Assembly (NCBI GenBank): GCA_015488295.1
Contig: WFOC01000121.1
Coordinates: forward strand, 7,580-71,579
Direction of reading: 5' to 3'
Length of the DNA stretch: 64,000 bases
Source of the DNA: Gammaproteobacteria bacterium
Lineage (GTDB): Bacteria; Pseudomonadota; Gammaproteobacteria; SZUA-229
A program made the position numbers and the translations under genes. The number at the start of each line of letters is the position of its first letter. Positions within the stretch are counted from its first letter, which is position 1. This document shows positions 10,020-18,218 of the stretch, piece after piece. The notes under the pieces were generated by a model. That model worked only from the letters and a program-made list of their open reading frames with translations. It did no database searches and was not told where the DNA came from.

Positions 10020-10544
10020 TTAAAAACCTGCAACCATATCGTATTGCTCATCAGTGATGAACTTTTCGCTGTCGAGAATAATAATCAGCTCATCTTCGCG
10101 TGACATAACGCCGGAGATATATTTTGAGCTGCCGCCTTTTGCCAGTTTTGAACTTGCATTGATCAGGGATTCTGGAAGGTCGATAATGTCGGCGACCCGG
10201 TCGACGACAACGGCAACAATATCATCCTTTGATTCCATTACAATCATGCGGGACAGATCGGTGTGTTCTGCCGGTGGTAGATTGATACGACTGCGGCCAT
10301 CAATGACCGAGACTACGTTGCCCCGAATGTTGGTAATGCCGACGATATAATCCGGTGCCCCGGGTACGGGTGAAATATTGTTTATGCGCAGTATCTCGCG
10401 AACATTTTTTACCACGACACCATAAATTTCCTGTCCCAGTTGAAACGTAACCCACCTGATCAGTGGTTCGCAGACCGGCTCATCATCAAATAAGCTGTCT
10501 TCGAGTATCGCGTGTTCCATTTTCATTGCCTCTATTTTATTCAT
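10020..10544 (-). CDS. cheW: CheW coupling protein (main flagellar chemotaxis system)
   Basis: 174 aa. WVTFQLGQEIYGVVVKNVREILR...ISPVPGAPDYIVGITNIRGNVVSVIDGR. Confidence 0.9.
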   Translation of the reverse strand: MNKIEAMKMEHAILEDSLFDDEPVCEPLIRWVTFQLGQEIYGVVVKNVREILRINNISPVPGAPDYIVGITNIRGNVVSVIDGRSRINLPPAEHTDLSRMIVMESKDDIVAVVVDRVADIIDLPESLINASSKLAKGGSSKYISGVMSREDELIIILDSEKFITDEQYDMVAGF

Positions 10545-10549
10545 ATCAT

Positions 10550-11155
10550 CTATTTAGTGCAGTTTTTTAAAAGTTTGATGACACCTTCGATGTCCAGTAA
10601 GACAAGGCCCAGCCGTGCAACGGTGCCGGCCAGCCATATGCGTTCACTTTCGGCATCACGCCAGTGTACATGTTGTTTGGAAATGGTTTGCTGATCGACC
10701 AGGTGGTTGCCGATGAAACCTGTTGTTGAGCCTTTTAGCACGATGATATCAACGGGGTTTTGCTGATGTGCTGTTGCCGAATCATGATCACCAATGCCAT
10801 TCATCAACAGGTACTCAAGGTCGATAACATTGATGGTCTGATCATTGCTGCATGCTGTTCCAACAAAAAGGTTTGCTGTATTCTGTGCCTTGTCGTTTTC
10901 CCTGATCTGCTGCTGCTTTAGTGTTTCACTGATGCTTTCTGCAGGAACAGCTATTTTCAGGCCGGCGATGTTAAAAATCTGGCACTCAAAATCTGCTTTT
11001 TCGTAGGCTGCGTTAAAGTTGACAGCTTGTTGCCGGGTTTCCTGTAATTCGATAACCTGGTCAACCGCCTGCTCATCAATGCCAAGCATATTCGATATGT
11101 AATCTTTTTCGATTTGCTGCGCCAGCTGGCAGGCATTTTGTTCGTTTTTATTCAT
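10550..11155 (-). CDS. parP: CheW-like domain protein in the ParP position (chemotaxis-array partitioning partner of ParC)
   Basis: 201 aa with a C-terminal CheW-like region. Synteny cheA-parC-parP-cheW as in Vibrio and Pseudomonas. 4-nt overlap with parC. Confidence 0.6.
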   Translation of the reverse strand: MNKNEQNACQLAQQIEKDYISNMLGIDEQAVDQVIELQETRQQAVNFNAAYEKADFECQIFNIAGLKIAVPAESISETLKQQQIRENDKAQNTANLFVGTACSNDQTINVIDLEYLLMNGIGDHDSATAHQQNPVDIIVLKGSTTGFIGNHLVDQQTISKQHVHWRDAESERIWLAGTVARLGLVLLDIEGVIKLLKNCTK

Positions 11156-11952
11156 GCGACTTCCCTGTTTTCACTGTTATTGACACGGCTAAGCAGCATT
11201 TGCTCAAGAAGTACTTCGTAAGCTTTCAGGCCATGCGTGTTTTTACTGATGAAGGAAATCGGCTTTCCGGAAAAGCTGGCATCCCTGAATTTGGTGTCGA
11301 CCGGAATGGGTTGTGAGGAAATACAGTCTTTGTATTCATCCTGTAAAATCTTCAGGCTTTTTTGTGAAGCGCGTGTGCGTTGATCATACATAGTGGGCAG
11401 CACGGTGTAACTCAGTTTTTTATGCAGTGACTTTTCAATCATCTTGATGGTGCGCAACATACGATGCAGGCCTTTTATCGCCAGCAGTTCGGTTTGTACC
11501 GGCACCACCAGCTGGTTACAGGCAACCAGTGCGTTGAGCATCAGTAATCCCAGTACCGGCGGGCAGTCGATCAATACATGTGAGTATTGTTGTGAAGCAT
11601 TTTTCAGTACCCGTGACAATATTAATCCCATGCCATTGTTTGCCCCAAAGCGTTTTTCCAGGGTGGCAACAGCGACAGATGAAGGAATGATTGATAGATG
11701 CTCTATTCCGGTTGGGTGCACCACGCTGTCAAGCTCAAGGGTTTTGTTGTTACTTTGTGCGGTGAATAATTCAAACACACCCTGACTGACGGTTTCAGGT
11801 TCCATGCCAAAGTAGCTGCTCATTGAGGCGTGTGGATCAAGATCTATTATCAGGGTTTCTTCATTGCGTCCGGCAAGAATTCCTGCCAGCGTAATTGCAC
11901 TGGTGGTTTTTCCTACCCCGCCCTTCTGATTTGCAAATGCCCAGATATTCAT
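11152..11952 (-). CDS. parC: ParA/MinD-family ATPase in the ParC position (chemotaxis array segregation)
   Basis: 266 aa. Deviant Walker A FANQKGGVGKTTSAITLA. The start codon directly abuts the cheA stop (TAG ATG). Confidence 0.75.
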   Translation of the reverse strand: MNIWAFANQKGGVGKTTSAITLAGILAGRNEETLIIDLDPHASMSSYFGMEPETVSQGVFELFTAQSNNKTLELDSVVHPTGIEHLSIIPSSVAVATLEKRFGANNGMGLILSRVLKNASQQYSHVLIDCPPVLGLLMLNALVACNQLVVPVQTELLAIKGLHRMLRTIKMIEKSLHKKLSYTVLPTMYDQRTRASQKSLKILQDEYKDCISSQPIPVDTKFRDASFSGKPISFISKNTHGLKAYEVLLEQMLLSRVNNSENREVA

Positions 11953-14010
11953 CTAGTGCACCATGTAGTTTGAGGCGTATGCGCCCATCAGTCCGGGCAT
12001 GTCAAGAACCAGTGCAATACCGCCGTCACCGGTGATGGTGGCACCGGAAAACCCCGGTACTTCGTTTAGTATTTTGCCCAGGGGCTTTATTACCACTTCT
12101 TCCTGGCCGATGATCTGATCGACTACCAGACACAGGCGTGTGCCGCCCATTTGTACCACCAGCACTTTCTGTTCATCCTTGGGACCATCAAAGCTGTTTG
12201 AGCGTACCAGCCAGGGGTGTAGATAAAACAGCGGCAGGGTTTGATCCCGGATGCGTATAACATCCTGGCCATCCACTACATTAATCTGCTCGGGTTCCAT
12301 GTTGAATGTTTCATGGACATTGGTCAGCGGCAAGGCAAACTGATGGCGGTCAAGTTTTATCATCAGTGTTGGCAGGATGGCTAAAGTTAAGGGCAGGAAG
12401 ATTGTTATCACCGAGCCTTCACCAAGTTTTGAGTCGATTTCGATACTGCCGCTGAGTTCATTAATACGGGTTTTTACCACGTCCATGCCAACACCACGAC
12501 CTGAGACATCGGAAATTTCTGACTTGGTTGAAAAGCCCGGTGCAAAGATCAGGTTGAAGGCTTCCTTATCAGAAAGTTTGCTGGCTTCATCTTCAGTCAT
12601 CATGCCGCTTTCTGCTGCTTTACGCTTGAAGACTTCTGCGTTCATTCCCTTGCCGTCATCTGACACGGTTAATAATATTTGATCACCTTCCTGTTTTGCA
12701 CTCAGTGTGACGGTGCCCTGACGTGGCTTACCGGAGGCAAATCGTTCATCCGGTGATTCGATGCCGTGATCGGCAGAGTTGCGCACAAGATGGATTAAGG
12801 GGTCGGCCAGTGCTTCGACCAGACTTTTGTCGAGATCGGTGTTTTCGCCGATCAGTTCAAGATTAATATCTTTATTGAGTTTTCTGGCGAGATCACGAAT
12901 AACACGAGGAAAGCGGCTGAAAACTTTTTTGATCGGCTGCATGCGTGTTTTCATTACCGATGACTGCAGATCAGAAGTGACCAGTTCAAGCGTGGTTATC
13001 GCTTCTTCGATGTGTTCGTGAGTTATTGTTTGTTTGAGCATGGACAGGCGGTTTTTTACCAGCACCAGTTCGCCGACCAGATTCATAATGTCATCAAGTC
13101 GTTCGGTGTCGACACGCACACTGGTGTCTTTTTGTGCCAGTGGTTTTTTAGCGGCTGTTTTTTCTTTTGTGTCTGGCTTTGATTCCTGTGGTTTTTCTTC
13201 GGCAACAGGTTTTACGGCTTCTGTTTTTTCAACCGCTGCTTTTTCAGTTTCCACAGCTTCATTTGTTTTGCTTTCTGGTGCCTTGCTTCCTGGTCCCCTG
13301 TTTTTGCCGTGCATCTGGTCGAGCATGGCTTCAAACTCATCATCAGTGATTAAGCCATCATCAGTGTCTGTATCAGCTTCAGTTTTTTCAGCTTTATTAT
13401 CGGCTGCAGAGTGTTTACCTTTGCCATGTAATTCATCGAGCAGGTTTTCAAATTCATCATCGGTAATCAGATCACTTTGTTCTGTATCGCTTTCTTTTTT
13501 CGTAGAATTTTCGCTCAGAGCCTGCTGACGCATTTGTTCAAATTCATCATCCATGCTCAGTGCTGTAACGGTTTCTGTGGCGGTTTCTGCAACGGCCGGT
13601 TCTTCCGCTTTGTCCTGTTCGGCTTTGTTACCACCAAGATAGCTATCGAGTCGGGCTAGTAATTCCGGGCTGGCGGACTCCTGCTCTTCGTTTTCGCGGA
13701 TACTTTCAAACATGTCGCCAACGATATCGAGTACCTGGAACATGACATCGATGAGGTCGGCATCAACACTGATTTTTCTATTGCGCAACAGATCAAAGAC
13801 ATCTTCAGCACGATGACAAACTTCGACCATGGGTGTCAGTTTCATAAAACCGGCACCGCCTTTTATGGTGTGAAAAGCACGAAATATGGCGTTCAGTAAA
13901 TCGTCATCCTCCGGGTTGCTTTCCAGTTCGGTTAGCTGGTCGTTGAGCAAGTCGTATAACTCGCCTGCTTCGACCAGAAAATCCTGCATTATTTCGTCAT
14001 CTATACTCAT
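11953..14010 (-). CDS. cheA: CheA histidine kinase (main system); no folded P2, acidic repeat linker instead
   Basis: 685 aa. Hpt FRAFHTIKGGAGFM, HLVRNSADHGIE, DDGKGMN, GRGVGMDVV, P5 CheW-like C-terminus. Confidence 0.95.
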   Translation of the reverse strand: MSIDDEIMQDFLVEAGELYDLLNDQLTELESNPEDDDLLNAIFRAFHTIKGGAGFMKLTPMVEVCHRAEDVFDLLRNRKISVDADLIDVMFQVLDIVGDMFESIRENEEQESASPELLARLDSYLGGNKAEQDKAEEPAVAETATETVTALSMDDEFEQMRQQALSENSTKKESDTEQSDLITDDEFENLLDELHGKGKHSAADNKAEKTEADTDTDDGLITDDEFEAMLDQMHGKNRGPGSKAPESKTNEAVETEKAAVEKTEAVKPVAEEKPQESKPDTKEKTAAKKPLAQKDTSVRVDTERLDDIMNLVGELVLVKNRLSMLKQTITHEHIEEAITTLELVTSDLQSSVMKTRMQPIKKVFSRFPRVIRDLARKLNKDINLELIGENTDLDKSLVEALADPLIHLVRNSADHGIESPDERFASGKPRQGTVTLSAKQEGDQILLTVSDDGKGMNAEVFKRKAAESGMMTEDEASKLSDKEAFNLIFAPGFSTKSEISDVSGRGVGMDVVKTRINELSGSIEIDSKLGEGSVITIFLPLTLAILPTLMIKLDRHQFALPLTNVHETFNMEPEQINVVDGQDVIRIRDQTLPLFYLHPWLVRSNSFDGPKDEQKVLVVQMGGTRLCLVVDQIIGQEEVVIKPLGKILNEVPGFSGATITGDGGIALVLDMPGLMGAYASNYMVH

Positions 14011-14037
14011 GGTTTTATACGCTTTTTAAAACTGAAT

Positions 14038-14799
14038 TTAAAATCCTAAAGTTGACAGCAGATCATCGACATCGTCCTGCGAGTTCATCACGTCATCATT
14101 TTTTATGCCCGGTACAGCGGGGCCATAACCTGTTCTGTTTTTGCTGTCATCAGTAACCTTGTTATCGTTGCTGCTATAGCTGTTAACTTTTAAAATGGCG
14201 ATCAGGTTGTGCTCGACATCCTGTACCATCTTGCTGACGCGCTGAATGATCTGACCGCTGAGATCCTGATAACCCTGTGCCATTAAAATCGTATTCATGT
14301 CCTTGTTGATGTGTTTTATATCGGTGTTCACCTTGTCGAGAAAACCTTCGAGCTCTTCTTCAATGAAGGAGAGTTCGTTGTTCTTTGTCAGTTTTTTCAT
14401 GTGACCCTGTAACAGTCTTTGCAGATAGGTTGCGCGTTCACTTAAATTATCCAGCAGTGGAGAGCTGTTTTCGATGGCGGTTAATGTCTGGTTAGCCGCA
14501 TCTTCGGTTAGCTCGATTACGTGGTTGAGGTTGTGTTTTGCATCGGGCATTTCATTGTGCATGATGTCCTGCAGGCGTGCTTCGCTACCGATGTCGTTGA
14601 TGGTTTCGTGCAATTCACGGGTGAGCTTTCCCAGGTCCTGGAAAATACCGTTTTCACGTGAGACACATAACTCGTTTATAACAAGGTCGGCCTGATCAAT
14701 GTCGCCTGCTTCGAGGTGTCTGACCAGTGCTTTTGCCTGTTTGAGATTTTCGCTCAGAGCGGTGTCACATGATACGGCTGCATTCGTTGCATTCTGCAT
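14038..14799 (-). CDS. cheZ: CheZ phosphatase
   Basis: 253 aa. Catalytic-region motif QGYQDLSGQIIQRV and C-terminal CheY-binding peptide DDVDDLLSTLGF. Confidence 0.9.
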   Translation of the reverse strand: MQNATNAAVSCDTALSENLKQAKALVRHLEAGDIDQADLVINELCVSRENGIFQDLGKLTRELHETINDIGSEARLQDIMHNEMPDAKHNLNHVIELTEDAANQTLTAIENSSPLLDNLSERATYLQRLLQGHMKKLTKNNELSFIEEELEGFLDKVNTDIKHINKDMNTILMAQGYQDLSGQIIQRVSKMVQDVEHNLIAILKVNSYSSNDNKVTDDSKNRTGYGPAVPGIKNDDVMNSQDDVDDLLSTLGF

Positions 14800-14801
14800 T
14801 G

Positions 14802-15188
14802 TTATCCCTCCAGCCTTTCAAATACCTTGTCAACTTTTTCTTTCAGGGTGTCTGCAGTGAAGGGTTTAACAACGTAACCGTTAACCCCTGCCTGTGCCGC
14901 TTCCATGATCTGTTCACGCTTTGCTTCGGCGGTGACCATCAGTACCGGCAGGGATGACAGCTTGGGATCAGCGCGCACGGCTTTCAGTAAATCGATACCT
15001 GGCATGCCCGGCATGTTCCAGTCGGTGACCAGAAAATCAATGCCGCCGCCTTCAAGAATCGGTAGTGCGGTTTTGCCATCGTCGGCTTCAACAATGTTGT
15101 TGAAGCCGATTTCGGTTAACAGGTTTTTTACGATTCGTCGCATGGTCGAAAAGTCATCGACGACGAGTATGTTCATATTTTTATCCAC
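14802..15188 (-). CDS. cheY: CheY chemotaxis response regulator
   Basis: 128 aa. [35 protein letters not shown]. Confidence 0.95.
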   Translation of the reverse strand: MDKNMNILVVDDFSTMRRIVKNLLTEIGFNNIVEADDGKTALPILEGGGIDFLVTDWNMPGMPGIDLLKAVRADPKLSSLPVLMVTAEAKREQIMEAAQAGVNGYVVKPFTADTLKEKVDKVFERLEG

Positions 15189-15228
15189 GGTTTTCTCCTA
15201 CTGGTATTTAACTTTTGTAAAATAGTTG

Positions 15229-15978
15229 TTATGCATTGTCATCGACCCATTCAGTCATTCGTGCGCGCAGGCGAAGCAATGCCTGGCCGTGTATCTGGCA
15301 CACGCGCCCTTCGGTGATGCCTAGTACTTCACCTATTTCACGCAGGTTTAACTCTTCGTCGTAATACAGTGCCATCACCATTTTTTCGCGTTCAGGTAAG
15401 CTTTTAATTTTGTCTGCCAGTCCGCATTTAAAACTTTCTTCCTGCAGGTGGTCATAAGGGTTGAGCCGTTCGCTGCTTTCGTATTCATCCTGGCAACCGC
15501 CGACGGAAACGATGTCTTCATAACTGAGCAGTTTGCAACCGGCAGCGTCTTTTACCATGCTGTAATATTCATCCATGCTGAGGCCGAGCTGTTCAGCAAT
15601 CTCGTCGTCTTTTGCATCTCTTCCCTGCTCGCTTTCGATGCTGCGGATGGCTTCGGACAGTTGTCTTGATTTTTTATAGACCGAACGGGGGGTCCAGTCG
15701 CAACGTCGCACTTCGTCGATCATTGCTCCCTGGATACGGATGCGGGCATAGGTTTCAAAACTTGCACCTTTGGACATGTCGTAGCCTTTCAGGGCTTCGA
15801 ATAATCCGATCATGCCGGTTTGTATAATGTCTTCGAGCTGTACGTTGGCGGGTAATCGCGTAATCATGTGATAAGCGATGCGCTTGACGAAAGGCGCATG
15901 TTCGGTCATCAGTGCATCATAATTGGGCGTATTATCAGAAATCGAACCTACGTCAGCATAACTTGATACCAGAGCCAT
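15229..15978 (-). CDS. fliA: Flagellar sigma factor FliA (sigma28)
   Basis: 249 aa. Sigma70-family regions 2-4 (DIIQTGMIGLFEALKGYD, ELNLREIGEVLGITEGRVCQIHGQAL). Synteny flhF-flhG-fliA-cheY. Confidence 0.95.
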   Translation of the reverse strand: MALVSSYADVGSISDNTPNYDALMTEHAPFVKRIAYHMITRLPANVQLEDIIQTGMIGLFEALKGYDMSKGASFETYARIRIQGAMIDEVRRCDWTPRSVYKKSRQLSEAIRSIESEQGRDAKDDEIAEQLGLSMDEYYSMVKDAAGCKLLSYEDIVSVGGCQDEYESSERLNPYDHLQEESFKCGLADKIKSLPEREKMVMALYYDEELNLREIGEVLGITEGRVCQIHGQALLRLRARMTEWVDDNA

Positions 15979-16904
15979 TAGTTCACCTCCTGTTGTATGG
16001 TCGAAGATTGAAGCATGCGCTCCACAAAAAACTTCATCTGGCCGTCGGGGTTTGTGTTGTCCGGCCAGTTATTAATTTGTTTGGTAATGCGTTTAAACGC
16101 CAGTGCCGACGGGCTGTTTGGAAAAGCGTCAACGACTGCACGCTGGTGCTGAATGGCTTTGCGCAGTTTGCTGTCGTATGGCACGGCACCGATAAAATCC
16201 AGCACCACATCCAGGAAACGGTCGGTGGCTTTGGAAAGTTTATTGAATAACTCACGGCCTTCACGTGCGTCATGGGTCATATTCGCCAGAATGTGGAAGC
16301 GACTGACTTTGTGTTTTTTGCTCATCACTTTAATGAAGGCATAGGCATCGGTGATGGAAGCGGGTTCATCGTGTACCACGACAACAACGTCCTGTGAGGC
16401 TCCGCAAAAACTGATGACGGAGTCGGAGATGCCGGCACCGGTGTCGATGATCATGACATCAACTGCGCAACTGAGTTCACTGAAGGCGTTGATCAGTCCC
16501 ATGTGTTCGGCAGGTTGTAAATTTGCCATATCACTGATGCCGGTTGATGCCGGAATGATTTTTATGTTGGCCGGTCCGTCAACGATGATTTCTTCCAGTG
16601 TGCGTTCACCTTTCATGACGTGTGAAAGATCATATTCGGTATTCAGGCCGAGCAGTACATCAACGTTGGCCAGACCTAAATCAGCATCCAGCAACATAAC
16701 TTCTTTATCCTGCTTGGCCATGGATAATGCCAGGTTGATGGATATGTTGGTTTTGCCAACGCCGCCTTTGCCGCTGCTGATAGCAATAATCTTCATTGGT
16801 TTCGGTGCCACGATTCGACGTAGGCCTTCGGCCTGATCTCTTGTGTTATTCATATGTGTGCTAGCCATTTCCATTATTAAGTGCCCTGCCGAATGTGTAT
16901 GCAA
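15978..16904 (-). CDS. flhG: FlhG/FleN MinD-like ATPase (flagellar number regulator)
   Basis: ISSGKGGVGKTNISINLA Walker A. The longest ORF overlaps flhF by 44 nt, so the true start is probably an internal Met (MNNTRDQAEGLRR at 16853). Confidence 0.9.
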   Translation of the reverse strand: MHTHSAGHLIMEMASTHMNNTRDQAEGLRRIVAPKPMKIIAISSGKGGVGKTNISINLALSMAKQDKEVMLLDADLGLANVDVLLGLNTEYDLSHVMKGERTLEEIIVDGPANIKIIPASTGISDMANLQPAEHMGLINAFSELSCAVDVMIIDTGAGISDSVISFCGASQDVVVVVHDEPASITDAYAFIKVMSKKHKVSRFHILANMTHDAREGRELFNKLSKATDRFLDVVLDFIGAVPYDSKLRKAIQHQRAVVDAFPNSPSALAFKRITKQINNWPDNTNPDGQMKFFVERMLQSSTIQQEVN

Positions 16905-18141
16905 GTTCTTCGTCGGATAGTGACTGGTTTGAACTGCGCATTAGTTTTACCGCTTCTTTAATTAACAGGCGACCGCGTGCCCGATGCAGATCATCAGGTA
17001 CTTTCTGACCATCACAGACGAATGAAACGGGTAATTCATGTTTGATGAGGACGGAGATAATCTCGCCCATGCTGGCGGCTTCATCGATTTTTGTGATGAT
17101 GCAGCCATCCAGATTTATTTTGCTGAAGCCGTGGATGACATCGTCCTGTAGATTCATCTGGCCGGTTGCAGATAACACCAGGTAGTTTTTAATATCGACA
17201 CCGTCGACATCCAGAGAGGTTATCTGCTCGGTTAATTTCACTTCTTTCTGACAGATACCTGCGGTGTCGATCAGGGTTAATTGATTATCGTTATTTTTAT
17301 CCTTGATTTCCTGTAACAGGTATTTCAGTTCTTCGGTGTCGGAAGCAACGTGAACCGGTATGCCGAGGATGCGGCCGTAACTGCGCAGCTGTTCATGTGC
17401 GCCGATACGATAGTTATCGGTGGTGATCAGTGTGACGGCTCTGCGACCATGTTTCAGTGCAAATCGTGCTGCCAGTTTTGCAATGGTGGTGGTTTTACCA
17501 ACGCCGGTCGGGCCGACCAGAGAAATAATGCCGCCGCTAGACAGGATATCCCGCTCATCGATTGGCACCAGGTTAGCCAGGTGGTTTAATGATTCCAGCC
17601 AGCTGTGTTTGCTCAGACCTTCTTTTTCCAGTTTTCTGGCGATGATCTGGCTCAGGTTTGAGCTGATGCCCAGGGTCATCAGCTGTTTTAACAGGTTGGC
17701 ATACAGTGGTTGCACGCGTCCGGTTTCGCCCCATGAAAACTGCATCATCGGTGCTTCCATAATGTTTCTTAAACCGGCCAGCTCATCCTGAATTTTATTG
17801 AGTGTGGCGGAATTCATGACTGGTGATGTGGTATCTTTTTCATAGGCTGCTGTTTTTGGGCTTGCCTGTTGCTTTGTTGCCGGCGACGGTTTTCCGTCTG
17901 CTGGCATTTCTGTGCCAGGCTTGCTGCTCGAAATGTTTACGTAAGGGTCGATGTCGCTTAATGTGTCGGGATTGCCCAGTGAGGTGTTCACCATTGAATC
18001 CTCGTAATCCATGGCAGCGATGATTTCAACACCGCCATTAACACGGCGATTTGACAGAATAACGGCATCCGGACCCTGTTCATCACGCAGTGCGCGTAGC
18101 GCCTGACGTGTATCGGGTGCAAAGTAACGTTTCATTTTCAT
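16861..18141 (-). CDS. flhF: FlhF SRP-type GTPase (polar flagellar placement)
   Basis: 426 aa. LVGPTGVGKTTTIAKLA, DTAG, ITKIDE motifs. Confidence 0.95.
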   Translation of the reverse strand: MKMKRYFAPDTRQALRALRDEQGPDAVILSNRRVNGGVEIIAAMDYEDSMVNTSLGNPDTLSDIDPYVNISSSKPGTEMPADGKPSPATKQQASPKTAAYEKDTTSPVMNSATLNKIQDELAGLRNIMEAPMMQFSWGETGRVQPLYANLLKQLMTLGISSNLSQIIARKLEKEGLSKHSWLESLNHLANLVPIDERDILSSGGIISLVGPTGVGKTTTIAKLAARFALKHGRRAVTLITTDNYRIGAHEQLRSYGRILGIPVHVASDTEELKYLLQEIKDKNNDNQLTLIDTAGICQKEVKLTEQITSLDVDGVDIKNYLVLSATGQMNLQDDVIHGFSKINLDGCIITKIDEAASMGEIISVLIKHELPVSFVCDGQKVPDDLHRARGRLLIKEAVKLMRSSNQSLSDEELAYTFGRALNNGNG

Positions 18142-18218
18142 GATGTATACCCGCGGATTATCAAATTTTTAACTGGATTCATGTTCATGCTGTACTCCCG
18201 CATTCCACTGAGCGGCTG

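Noticed and set aside
9874-10023. A 49-aa plus-strand small ORF (MKYGKMLPLFPAGCEGELTG...) with an AGGGAAAG upstream, in the 440-bp gap between cheW and the accessory operon.
   Set aside because: It has no recognisable motif, its end overlaps the convergent cheW stop, and the region is better explained as promoter or enhancer DNA for the sigma54 and sigma28 promoters. It cannot be supported from sequence alone.
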